Below, piece by piece: positions 17,373 to 27,298 of a stretch of DNA of 64,000 nucleotides; the stretch's first letter is position 1; the number at the start of each line of letters is the position of its first letter. A model generated the notes under the pieces. The model was not told where the DNA came from, did no database searches, and worked only from the letters and a program-made list of their open reading frames with translations. The DNA lies in the NCBI GenBank assembly GCA_949296855.1, contig CASFRN010000164.1:8127-72126 (forward strand), written 5' to 3'. The stretch is from an uncultured Bacteroides sp. GTDB taxonomy: Bacteria > Bacteroidota > Bacteroidia > Bacteroidales > Bacteroidaceae. The position numbers and the translations under genes were made by a program.

Positions 17373-19777
17373 GAATCAGATTTTTAGTGCTTTTCTGTTT
17401 GTTGTCGTCTGTTCTTTGGGCGCAAGAAGAAAAAGATTTGTTGCAGATATACAGGCAGGCGGAAGAAGAATATGCAATCGGAAGGTTTGATGCTTCCATT
17501 CGTTTGTTGGATCGGAATATGACGAATTTTACCGGAACATTGAAGAGTAGTGCTTGCCGTTTGCTCTCGTTGTGCTGGTTAGGGAAAGACAATCTGCCAG
17601 AAGCAGAGCGGTATGCGTCTTCCCTTTTGAAGGAAGACCCTTATTATAGCACGTCCATCAATGACCCTTTGCGCTTTGTCGACTTGATAGAACGGTTGAA
17701 GCGAGGTGAGGAGGCGACTATTACTACCGCTTCTCAGCAAGCTGAGTCTGTAGAAGAAGCCCCCGTGCCTGTTACGCTGATTACGGAAGAGATGATAAAG
17801 GCATCAGGGGCAAGGACTTTAGCAGACCTGTTGACATTGTACGTGCCAGGTATGTCACTTGTGGAAGGCGATGAACAGAATGTGGCTATGCATGGCGTAT
17901 ATTCTTCATCTCAAGAAAAGATATTGGTGATGTTGAATGGGCATCGGTTGAACAGCCGGACGACCAATTCGGAAGCGTTGGATTACCGGACCAGTTTGGA
18001 TAAAATTAAGCAGATAGAAGTGTTACGCGGTCCGGCTTCTTCGTTGTATGGAAATGTTGCCTTGACGGCAGTAGTGAATATTATCACTAAACAAGGGCGT
18101 GAGGTGGATGGTGTTCAGCTTTCGGCTGGGGTGGGTACAAATCATACATACCGTGCCGATTTCCTGATGGGGAAGAGCGGGCTGGGTATTGATTTCTTGG
18201 CTTGGGCGTCTGTATATTCTTCGCAGGGAGAGAAGCGGGATGTGGGCATTGAAGATGAAGGGTTTTATGGAAAGATACTTCGCCCTGGAAGTATATATAT
18301 TGACGGTTATAATCATCAGCCGGCTTATGATATAGGTTTTATCGCGAAATGGAATGAGTTTAAGTTTATGTTTAATACGCAGTATGCCAAGGAAGTGCCT
18401 TCATATAATACGGTGCTTTTCCAGGGGTTATATTCTTACGACCGTTACCGTGCGATGAACGGGTCTACTCCAGGACACGCGCGGCAGGCTACTCGTTTAG
18501 ATTTGTCGTATGAAAAAAAATGGGGTGAAAAATGGTTTGGAAAGATTGATGCGTATGTAGATTTGGAGACTGTTTCAAATTATGATGTCGGTGGTGACAG
18601 TATCTTACTGGAAGACCGGGAGGATATTCCAATTCGGGAGGATGAAGTGTTGGATGGCGTTGATAAGAGCAATATGCGTACGCGAGGGGTTTATCAGGTT
18701 CAGTTATGGCGGGATTATACTTATGGAGTGGTTGCCCAAAGTGTCTATGATATCCAGCGTGATAAATGGAGCGGAAGTTGGCTGTTGGGAGCACAGGTTG
18801 AAAGTTATACGTTGAAAGATTGCAGTATGTCCGTAGGAGATAACTTTAGCCGGATATTGGTGACTTATTCCAGTCGGAATCGGTTTCTGTTGTTGAACAG
18901 TGAATTTAATTTATCGGCTTTCAGTCAATTGAAGGCGAATATAGGCCGGCATTTTATCTTCAACGGTGGCGTGCGGTATGATTATAAGCATCGCTATAAT
19001 GGGAAAAAGTTGAATGCGTTTTCTCCCCGTCTTTCTTTTATTTACCAGTTCAATCCTAAAATGGGTTTGAAGTTCGGTTATTCTCATTCGTTTGTGGATG
19101 CGCCTTATTTGTATCGCGGGTCCAATACATCGACTTATCCGGGTGGAAATAATTTGGAACCGGAGCAGTTGGATGCAGTTCAGTTGACTTTCAATCATTC
19201 TATACCTTCTTGTAATTTGAAGTATGAGGCGAATGTTTATTATAATCGTTTGTCAGATTTGATTTATTTGGATACTTCTGTTCCGACCTATTACAATTCC
19301 GGTGGTGTGGATGTTATGGGTGTCGAAGGAGTCGTGTCTTATGCGGATGCCCGTTCGCTGGGTTATTTGAATGTATCCTATCAATGGTTGCTGGATAACG
19401 TTAATTATGCATCTACAGGTTCTTACATTAATAATGTCCCTAAGTTCAGGTTAGGGGGAATGTACCGTTATCAATTTTTGAAAACTCCTAAGGCAGGAGA
19501 TGCGTATGTCAGGGTCAATGCCATCGTTTTATCTAAGCAAATATCTCCTATACAGAGGGCTTTCGTTGGAGATAAGGCTATCAATGATCCTGATTATGAA
19601 TTGAGTCCTCGTGCTGTTTTTAATCTTGGCATGGATTATGTTTACAAGCGGGTCGGGATTTCTGCAAATGTTTATAATGTGTTAAACTCAAATTATTATC
19701 AAGGCGGGCTTCGTAAGGCATTTCCTTTGCCCCAGCAGTCAATAAGTTTTTTGGTGAAGCTATCCTATAAGTTTTGA
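17369..19777 (+). CDS. TonB-dependent receptor with an N-terminal helical (TPR-like) extension of about 110 aa
   Basis: Signal peptide MRIRFLVLFCLLSSVLWAQ. Plug motifs APVPVTLIT, LADLL and IEVLRGPASSLYG. C-terminal SYKF. The ATG overlaps the kinase stop as ATGA. Confidence 0.85.
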   Translation: MRIRFLVLFCLLSSVLWAQEEKDLLQIYRQAEEEYAIGRFDASIRLLDRNMTNFTGTLKSSACRLLSLCWLGKDNLPEAERYASSLLKEDPYYSTSINDPLRFVDLIERLKRGEEATITTASQQAESVEEAPVPVTLITEEMIKASGARTLADLLTLYVPGMSLVEGDEQNVAMHGVYSSSQEKILVMLNGHRLNSRTTNSEALDYRTSLDKIKQIEVLRGPASSLYGNVALTAVVNIITKQGREVDGVQLSAGVGTNHTYRADFLMGKSGLGIDFLAWASVYSSQGEKRDVGIEDEGFYGKILRPGSIYIDGYNHQPAYDIGFIAKWNEFKFMFNTQYAKEVPSYNTVLFQGLYSYDRYRAMNGSTPGHARQATRLDLSYEKKWGEKWFGKIDAYVDLETVSNYDVGGDSILLEDREDIPIREDEVLDGVDKSNMRTRGVYQVQLWRDYTYGVVAQSVYDIQRDKWSGSWLLGAQVESYTLKDCSMSVGDNFSRILVTYSSRNRFLLLNSEFNLSAFSQLKANIGRHFIFNGGVRYDYKHRYNGKKLNAFSPRLSFIYQFNPKMGLKFGYSHSFVDAPYLYRGSNTSTYPGGNNLEPEQLDAVQLTFNHSIPSCNLKYEANVYYNRLSDLIYLDTSVPTYYNSGGVDVMGVEGVVSYADARSLGYLNVSYQWLLDNVNYASTGSYINNVPKFRLGGMYRYQFLKTPKAGDAYVRVNAIVLSKQISPIQRAFVGDKAINDPDYELSPRAVFNLGMDYVYKRVGISANVYNVLNSNYYQGGLRKAFPLPQQSISFLVKLSYKF

Positions 19778-19802
19778 TGTTAATTAGAAATTGAAAAATA
19801 CG

Positions 19803-22800
19803 ATGAACAGAATACGGTTGAATGCGATTCAACAGAAATTTTGGATGGATAACTTGTTGAAATATCCGTCTATTGAATACAATGGTACGAATTGTACGTT
19901 TTGGGTGCAAGGGGATTTGGATATTGGGGTGTTAAAAGAAGCCTATAGGTTGATAATGTTGGAATACCCTCCGTTTCATTCGACAATTTTGGTTGAACAG
20001 GGTGTTCCTTATTTTGTTTGGAATGATTCCATAGAGCATTTGCCGTTTCAGTTTATCGAACAGCCGGAAGGCTCTTTGAAAGAAATTGATAGGTTGTTAG
20101 AACAGCTTGTTTATCAACCGTTTGATTTAGATAAGGAATATCCTTGCCGGTTTTATGTGATTCATCATAAGGATGGTTATTTTTTGCTGCATCTGATTCA
20201 TCATATAGCGATAGACGGAGTAAGTATCCAGTCTTTCTTTAGCCGGTTGTCTGCTATTTATAATGATTTGTTGCGTGATGTGTATATGCCTGTAAATCAG
20301 AATAATCAAATGACTCGTTTCAATGCTTGGTTCGATGGCTGTCGTTCACGGCAAAATGAGCAGGATGTGGCATATTGGCAAGATTATGTCCGGCAGGTGT
20401 CTGTAAGTTTGCCGCTTCCTCGTTTGTCATCGGAAAAAGAGACTGAGAGATTGAGAGAACAGGATTTCTATTATGCTTTTGCATTGGGGAAAAAACGTTA
20501 TGAGCAGTATCGTCATTTTTGTAAGGAGTTTCAGACAAGCCCCTTCCGTCTGTTTTCCACTGTATGGGCCTTGACATTATCGAGGGTTATGCGGGTAGAC
20601 GAGTTGCTGTTGGACCATACGGTCAATATGCGCGGCAAAGACTATGCGAACTTGTTCGGCGTGTTTGTAAACAATTTGCCTATAAAATATAAGTTTCAGG
20701 ATGACCGGGCATCTTTTATGGAGCTTGTTGGTTATGCCAATGAAAACCGGCGCAAAGAGCGAGAACACTTGTTTGCATTTTACGGTGATGTTCTAACAAG
20801 GGAGAAAGGGAATCAGGAACAGGTGAACGTATGTATTAATTACCCATTGGATTTTCATGCTTTAGCGTTGGATTTGCACGGGTGTGTTGTGAAAAACTAT
20901 CGTCATGTGAATGTGCTTCCTCCTTTAGACTTGGTTCTGGCGGTAGCAAGTGATGAATCTTTTCGGTGTAATATTCGTTTCAAGCCAGTTATTTCTCGTC
21001 GGTTGGTTCAAGCGTTGGCAGAGACGTTTCAAGAAATCTTGGATCAAGTCTTAGCTTGTCCGGAAATAAAGCTGAAAGATATTCGGTTAGTCTCTAAGGA
21101 TAAGGAAAAGGTTCTTTTAACCCAAGAAGAACGTTCCTTGCGGAATAGGTTGGTTATACCTCAGACTTTCGTTGAACAGTTCCGGCAGACAGTGGTTAAG
21201 TATCCGGATTATAGGGCTGTAGAGTTTGAAGAACACGGTTTTTCTTATGCTGAGTTGGACAGTTTGAGCGAGCGTGTGGCGAAAGCATTGTGCCGGATGG
21301 GGCTGCAAGGCCGGTATATCGGGCTGTCCACGCCTAAGAATCTGTGGATGATTGTCGGTATATTGGGTATATTGAAATCAGGCAATGTGTATGTGCCGGT
21401 AGATGGTGATTATCCGATAGATAGAATCCGCTTTATAATAGACGATTGCCAGCTTTCTGCGGTGTTGCGTACTCAGGATACTTCCGTAGTCTTGGAAGGG
21501 GTTCCTATGTTGTCTATCGAGAGCCTGGTGCAGGAAAAGGATGATAAGAATATGGTTCTGCCCCGGCTTTTGCTTTCAGATAAGGCCTATGTAATCTACA
21601 CTTCTGGAACGACAGGAAAACCGAAAGGCATTCCCATTAGTTATTCTATGTTGGCGCAGACGATAGCGACTTCAGTCAATGTGCTGCACTTGGATGCACA
21701 TTCACGCGAGTTACAGTTTGCCAATATCTGTTTCGATGCGTCTGTGATGGAAATATTTCCAGCGCTTATTGCAGGCGCTACACTGGTCTTGACTCCAGAA
21801 TCGCTCCGTAAAGATCCGGTGGAACTCTTCTCGTTTTTAAGGGAGAAGGACATTACGTCTATGTTTATGCCGCCCGCTTTCTTGGCTGCGTTGCCTCGCC
21901 GGCCTTTGCCTCGGCTTCATACTATTTTTGTAGGTGGAGATTCTTGTACACAAGAAGTAATAGATTATTGGAGCAAAGACCGCCTTTTCGTCAATGTCTA
22001 CGGGCCGACGGAAAATTGTGTAGACGTAACTCATGCGATATTTCATCCTGGTACATATTTGAACGATATAGGTGTGAGTGTACCTGGCTGTACTTGTTAT
22101 GTATTGGACAAATATTTACATTTGATGCCCGACAATACAGTCGGCGAACTTTATATAGGAGGAAGCAAGCTCACGGAAGGTTATTTGAACCGGCCGGAGT
22201 TGAACGCTGAAAAATTTGTGCTTAACCCTTTTGTCGCTGAAGAAGATAAACGGAGAGGCTTGAATACGCGCCTGTATCAGACGGGAGATTTGGTTATGCG
22301 CCGTCCTGACGGACATCTGATTTTTATGGGGCGTTCGGATTTTCAGGTAAAGCTGAACGGCTACCGGATTGAGTTGGGTGATATAGAGTCTAAAATACTC
22401 GAATTTGGCGGTATGGTAAAGAACGCTGTGGTTACGTTGAACGGGCAAGGAGGAGGAAAACACTTGGTCGCTTATGTGCAGACAGATTCAGTGTCTGCTT
22501 TCCCGTTAGATGGCTTGAAGGCTTATTTGAAATTCCGTATGCCGGCATATATGATACCTGCAGTTATAATCCCGTTGCAGGAGTTTCCTTATAATACAAG
22601 CGGGAAAATCGACCGTAAGCGTTTGCCGGATCCGTCTGTTTATGTGGAAGTACGTGAGGTTGATCGGCCTGTTACGGAATGTGAACGTAAGTTGGCTGTG
22701 TTGTGGAGCGGGTTGTTGCCGTCCGTACAGGCTGTCGGTCGTGACGATAGTTTTATCGCTTTAGGCGGTGACTCTATGTCGGTTATCCGTTTGTCTTTTA

Positions 22801-25800
22801 TGATACATGAGCAGTTTGGCTTCCCGATAAAGGCATTTGATATTTATCAGCATATTACGCTGAAGGAGTTGGCAGCTTTTATCGATGCTTATTTACATTC
22901 GGATTTAGGAGAACAAGAAGAGGCGGCTGATTCTGTTGTTTCGGAAGTGGTTCCTTTGACACCGGAACAGTTCAGTTTGTGGCTGGAGTGTATGAAGTCG
23001 GATGAATTGAAGGATGCTTATAATTTACCTTGTTTGTTTGAGTGTCCGTCTGTTTTGCAGCCGGCTGTGTTTGAACAGGCTTTCAACCGTTTGATAAAAG
23101 TGCAGGATAGTTTCCGGATGTGTTTCCCAGCAGATGATAATGGCAATCCTTATATACAGGTGAAAGAATATGCTCCGATGCGGATAGAAATATGCGATGT
23201 CGCGGATGATGAATTGGCGGGATGTTTGAATAGGGATATGCAAGTTTCATTTGATTTGGCGCATGGGCCGTTGTTCCATTGTAGGCTTTATCGCATATCG
23301 GGGAAGAGATATGTTTGTTCCTTGGTGATGCATCATTTGATTTCAGACGGTTGGTCGGCACAGTTGATTCAGTCCGTTCTGGTAAAATCCGTATCAGGTA
23401 TGACGGTTGATTGGGAAGGGCTGTCGGGAAGCTATGTGGAATATGCGTTATTGGCAGACCGTTTTGTGGATACCTCGGCTTATGCTCGCCGTGTGCAGTT
23501 TTGGAAAGGATATTTGCAAGGTGCATCAGAATTGAAATTGCCCAATCTTAAGTCGGAGCGGGAAATCGGGCTTGCCGGAGGTGTGTATACCTGTCTTCTT
23601 CCTAAGGAGCTTTCCGAAAAGGTTCATGCGTTTTGCCGCCTTTATATGTGTACTCCGTTTGTCTTTTATTATGCTGTTTATCTGATGGTATTGGCGCGTG
23701 TGTATAGGCAGACGGATTTTGTGGCCGGTTTCCCTTACGGAGGGCGTGAACATGGACGTTACAAAAATGTTGTCGGCTATTTTGTCCAGACTTTATGTTT
23801 GCGTTATCGCAAGGCATATCAAGAATTGTCCTTTGCCGGCTATTTAGCTGAGATTAAATCGGAATTGCTTGAGGTTGAGCAGAATGCGGTTTCGTTTGAT
23901 AAGATAATGGAGGTGGCGCGGACCCATGCGGCGGAAACGGGTTTACGATTGGTTAGGACGATGTTTACATTCGAGAAAAAATCATTGTATCATGATTGTC
24001 TTATGCAAGAAAAGTCTGTCTTTGATATGGTGTTGAGCGTTTTGTCGGACGATGAAGAGAATGTTTGTTGCCGTATAAGGTATAGGCATTCGTGCTTTGC
24101 AGAAGAGGATATGGCCCGTTTCGCTATGATTTACAAATCTGTTATGTGGGCGGTAACCAGCGATGCTGGTAAAGTTTTGTCGGCTTATTCGCTTGCGTCG
24201 GTTGATTATTGTCAGGCGGTAATCAGAGGAAATCTTTTGTCGGATACCTTAGGTTGTCCGCAGCCTTTTTTGCATCGTTTTGCACAGGCTGTTCGGGATT
24301 TTCCTGACCGGACTGCTCTTGTGTGTGGCGGTAAAAGCATCACTTATCAAGAATTAGACGAGCAGTCCGGCCAGGTTATGTTGGCGATAAAGTCGGCTGG
24401 CATACAGCCGGATTCCAATATCGTTGTTTCTATGCAGGCATCGATAGAATGTATAGTCGCGATGGTCGGTATACTGAAGGCGGGATGTTGTTACGTGCCT
24501 GTGGCTGTAAATTTGCCGGATGAACGTAAGGCTTTTATTCAAAAGGACGCTGCTTGTGTCATGTCGTTTGATGAAACGGATTATCCGTACGGCCATTTGG
24601 CGGAAATTTCTGAGGGGATGAGAAAGGAATGTTCTTTTTCGGGAAATGCGTATGTTATTTATACGTCGGGGACAACCGGACAACCGAAAGGGGTGCCTGT
24701 TACGCATCTGTCTTTGTCGTATTTGATAGAGGCGGAAATTTCCCGAATGAAATTAACGGAGAAAAGTCGAGGCTTGTTGTTCGCGAGCATCAGCTTCGAT
24801 GCTTCTGTGTTTGAGATTTTTCCTATATTGTCTGTTGGCGCAACGTTGGTGATTGCATTGCCGGAAGAAAGAAAAGACCCTGTATTATTGGCTGCGCTGC
24901 TGGAAAGACAGAAAGTTACTTTTGCTACTATCCCTCCTGCTATTCTGCCTGTCTTGCCGCAAAGGCCGTTTCCGTCGTTGGCGGTTATCGTATTAGGAGG
25001 TGAGACAACGGCATTGTCGGCACTTGAGTTTTGGCGGAAAGGCCGTACCGTGATTAATGCTTACGGCCCTACGGAGAACACGGTAGATACGACAATGTGT
25101 GTGGTGGATGATGATTTCGAATACAATGATATCGGCGTCCCGTTGCCCGGAGTTTCTTGCTATGTGTTAGATGAATATCATAACATTGTACCGGATGGTA
25201 TGGTAGGTGAATTATATATCGGTGGGGTACAGTTGACCCGTGGGTATCTGAACCGCCCTGAATTGAATCAGGAGAAATTCATCGAAAATCCATACGTTAC
25301 GCCGGAAGACAAGGCGATGGGAGTCAATCTCCGGCTGTATAAGAGCGGCGATTTGGTGAGACGGCGTCCTGACGGGCATCTGATATTTATGGGACGTGCG
25401 GACAGTCAGGTGAAGCTGCGCGGATTCCGCATAGAGTTAGCCGAGATAGAAACATTGCTTCAGCAATGCGAGGGAGTACGTAATGCATTGGTGGAGGTGC
25501 GGAAAACGGATACGCAGGAAGAACTGGCTGCATTCGTGCAGTTCGACAAACAGGCTTCGCCGGATGTGTCCGGTTTGCAAGCCGTCTTGCGCGGCAAGTT
25601 GCCTCCTTATATGATTCCTTCCAAATGGGCGGCGGTGGATGAGTTTCCGCTTACGGTAAACGGAAAGATAGACCGTAGGCGGTTGCCCGAACCCGATGTC
25701 GTGGTGAAGCGTGAGGTCGTCGGAGCGGGTACGGAAAACGAGGAAACATTGCTGGCAATGGCTGGGGAAGTTATCGGTTCGGAAGGCATCGGAGTGGAAA

Positions 25801-26657
25801 CCGATTTGCTGGATGAGGCTGGGATGACGTCCATGCAGGTGATGGAGTTTGTCGGGAAAGTGATAACGGAAACAGGTTTGCGCATCACGGTCTCTTCGGT
25901 ATACAAAAACCGTACGATACGTAAGTTGTTGTGTGATACGGAAGGAAGGCCTTACTTTTGGTTCGATGGTTTCGACGGACGGAAGCCGGTATTGGTGTTC
26001 ATAACGGGGTTTCCTGCCGTGTCGCCTTTCTATGATGCGCTGTTGCGCTTCTTTGCGCGTGATTATTCGGTATTTGTATTTGACTCTTATTACGATTTCT
26101 TTGTCGGGAAAGACGCTGTGTCTCTGGAAGTGCTGTTGCATTCGTATGAAGAGGTTCTGACGGAGGTTTTGGGTGATAAGCCTGTAGCGATGCTGACCGG
26201 TTATTGTACCGGTGCGGAATTGGCTATTGTTTTTGCTGCTTATATGCGGAAGAAGCATCCGGAGAAAGCTTTGTATCCTATCTTAAATATGGAAGGGGTT
26301 TACCGGCGCCAGGAAACAGACGAGATACCGGAAACGATTACGGAAGAGCCGTTAAGGGGACGTATTTGTATTACGAACGAACTTTATAAAGGTTTTCCTT
26401 TATTGGAGTATACTGGGCCGATTGTGCATGTGATGGCGGGAAGACCGTCTAAGATGATTTATTGGGAAAAAGGTGAGGAGACCGATGGATTGATTTTGGA
26501 ACAGATGCGTCAGGCATCAGAAGCGAATCATGAGGATTGGCAACGGCATTACCCCAACGCTCCTTACTATGAGTTGGATTGTGACCACTGGACGTTCTTT
26601 GAAGAAAAGAATCTAAGGGTACTCCGTGAGATTATTCGAAAACATTGGAATATATAA
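19803..26657 (+). CDS. Bimodular non-ribosomal peptide synthetase, C-A-T-C-A-T-TE
   Basis: C1 HHIAIDG (about 20200-20220). A1 YTSGTTGKPKG (about 21597-21630). T1 LGGDSMS (about 22761-22781). C2 HHLISDG (about 23330-23350). A2 YTSGTTGQPKG (about 24660-24692). T2 AGMTSM (about 25818-25838). TE GYCTGA (26199-26216) and C-terminal DHW. The ATG at 19803 is preferred over the TTG at 19791. Confidence 0.95.
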   Translation: MNRIRLNAIQQKFWMDNLLKYPSIEYNGTNCTFWVQGDLDIGVLKEAYRLIMLEYPPFHSTILVEQGVPYFVWNDSIEHLPFQFIEQPEGSLKEIDRLLEQLVYQPFDLDKEYPCRFYVIHHKDGYFLLHLIHHIAIDGVSIQSFFSRLSAIYNDLLRDVYMPVNQNNQMTRFNAWFDGCRSRQNEQDVAYWQDYVRQVSVSLPLPRLSSEKETERLREQDFYYAFALGKKRYEQYRHFCKEFQTSPFRLFSTVWALTLSRVMRVDELLLDHTVNMRGKDYANLFGVFVNNLPIKYKFQDDRASFMELVGYANENRRKEREHLFAFYGDVLTREKGNQEQVNVCINYPLDFHALALDLHGCVVKNYRHVNVLPPLDLVLAVASDESFRCNIRFKPVISRRLVQALAETFQEILDQVLACPEIKLKDIRLVSKDKEKVLLTQEERSLRNRLVIPQTFVEQFRQTVVKYPDYRAVEFEEHGFSYAELDSLSERVAKALCRMGLQGRYIGLSTPKNLWMIVGILGILKSGNVYVPVDGDYPIDRIRFIIDDCQLSAVLRTQDTSVVLEGVPMLSIESLVQEKDDKNMVLPRLLLSDKAYVIYTSGTTGKPKGIPISYSMLAQTIATSVNVLHLDAHSRELQFANICFDASVMEIFPALIAGATLVLTPESLRKDPVELFSFLREKDITSMFMPPAFLAALPRRPLPRLHTIFVGGDSCTQEVIDYWSKDRLFVNVYGPTENCVDVTHAIFHPGTYLNDIGVSVPGCTCYVLDKYLHLMPDNTVGELYIGGSKLTEGYLNRPELNAEKFVLNPFVAEEDKRRGLNTRLYQTGDLVMRRPDGHLIFMGRSDFQVKLNGYRIELGDIESKILEFGGMVKNAVVTLNGQGGGKHLVAYVQTDSVSAFPLDGLKAYLKFRMPAYMIPAVIIPLQEFPYNTSGKIDRKRLPDPSVYVEVREVDRPVTECERKLAVLWSGLLPSVQAVGRDDSFIALGGDSMSVIRLSFMIHEQFGFPIKAFDIYQHITLKELAAFIDAYLHSDLGEQEEAADSVVSEVVPLTPEQFSLWLECMKSDELKDAYNLPCLFECPSVLQPAVFEQAFNRLIKVQDSFRMCFPADDNGNPYIQVKEYAPMRIEICDVADDELAGCLNRDMQVSFDLAHGPLFHCRLYRISGKRYVCSLVMHHLISDGWSAQLIQSVLVKSVSGMTVDWEGLSGSYVEYALLADRFVDTSAYARRVQFWKGYLQGASELKLPNLKSEREIGLAGGVYTCLLPKELSEKVHAFCRLYMCTPFVFYYAVYLMVLARVYRQTDFVAGFPYGGREHGRYKNVVGYFVQTLCLRYRKAYQELSFAGYLAEIKSELLEVEQNAVSFDKIMEVARTHAAETGLRLVRTMFTFEKKSLYHDCLMQEKSVFDMVLSVLSDDEENVCCRIRYRHSCFAEEDMARFAMIYKSVMWAVTSDAGKVLSAYSLASVDYCQAVIRGNLLSDTLGCPQPFLHRFAQAVRDFPDRTALVCGGKSITYQELDEQSGQVMLAIKSAGIQPDSNIVVSMQASIECIVAMVGILKAGCCYVPVAVNLPDERKAFIQKDAACVMSFDETDYPYGHLAEISEGMRKECSFSGNAYVIYTSGTTGQPKGVPVTHLSLSYLIEAEISRMKLTEKSRGLLFASISFDASVFEIFPILSVGATLVIALPEERKDPVLLAALLERQKVTFATIPPAILPVLPQRPFPSLAVIVLGGETTALSALEFWRKGRTVINAYGPTENTVDTTMCVVDDDFEYNDIGVPLPGVSCYVLDEYHNIVPDGMVGELYIGGVQLTRGYLNRPELNQEKFIENPYVTPEDKAMGVNLRLYKSGDLVRRRPDGHLIFMGRADSQVKLRGFRIELAEIETLLQQCEGVRNALVEVRKTDTQEELAAFVQFDKQASPDVSGLQAVLRGKLPPYMIPSKWAAVDEFPLTVNGKIDRRRLPEPDVVVKREVVGAGTENEETLLAMAGEVIGSEGIGVETDLLDEAGMTSMQVMEFVGKVITETGLRITVSSVYKNRTIRKLLCDTEGRPYFWFDGFDGRKPVLVFITGFPAVSPFYDALLRFFARDYSVFVFDSYYDFFVGKDAVSLEVLLHSYEEVLTEVLGDKPVAMLTGYCTGAELAIVFAAYMRKKHPEKALYPILNMEGVYRRQETDEIPETITEEPLRGRICITNELYKGFPLLEYTGPIVHVMAGRPSKMIYWEKGEETDGLILEQMRQASEANHEDWQRHYPNAPYYELDCDHWTFFEEKNLRVLREIIRKHWNI

Positions 26658-26674
26658 ATTAAAAAATTAATCTT

Positions 26675-27220
26675 ATGAAGCAAAACGGAACGATAACCGA
26701 TATCCTGACGCGGGTTACTGTCAGGAGATTTACAGACGAGCCGGTGGACAACGAAGCGTTGCGCCTGCTGTTGCAGGCGGCTATGGCTGCGCCCAGTTCG
26801 ATGAACCTGCAGCCGTGGCATTTCATTGTGGTGCGTGACGAAACGGTGAAGCAATGTTTGAAAGACAGCTTGCCATACGCCAAGATGATAAATAAAGGTT
26901 GTACGGGTATTGTGGTGTGTGGCGATATTTCTCTCTATGAACATATCAATAAAGTGGATAAGGAAGACAACACGCTTTATTGGGTGCAGGATTGTTCCGC
27001 CGCTTCCGAGAATCTGCTGTTGGCAGCCCATGCCATCGGTTTGGGAGCCGTGTGGACGGGGATTTATCCGCTGGAAAGCCGTGTGAAGAAGCTACGTGAA
27101 TTGTTGGCGATACCTGACCATATTGTGCCGTTGAACTTGATTTTAATCGGTCATCCGGAGAGTGTTCCTCTTCCAAAAGAGAAGTGGGACGAAAAGAAAT
27201 TGCATTACGATAAATATTAA
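26675..27220 (+). CDS. Nitroreductase-family FMN oxidoreductase
   Basis: 181 aa. RVTVRRFTDEPV, APSSMNLQPW and ENLLLAAHAIGLG are typical of the nitroreductase fold. Confidence 0.85.
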   Translation: MKQNGTITDILTRVTVRRFTDEPVDNEALRLLLQAAMAAPSSMNLQPWHFIVVRDETVKQCLKDSLPYAKMINKGCTGIVVCGDISLYEHINKVDKEDNTLYWVQDCSAASENLLLAAHAIGLGAVWTGIYPLESRVKKLRELLAIPDHIVPLNLILIGHPESVPLPKEKWDEKKLHYDKY

Positions 27221-27298
27221 AATGAATGTCCGCATCTGTCGATAAAGATATAGAATTTTATAGGCGGATTGCGGGCGTTTTTGTTAAAAATGGAGTAT

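Noticed and set aside
25437-26258. 273-aa minus-strand ORF inside the NRPS T2/TE region
   Set aside because: It is a shadow frame of the NRPS gene, with an Arg/His/Gln-rich composition. The many other short ORFs within 19803-26657 on either strand are rejected for the same reason.
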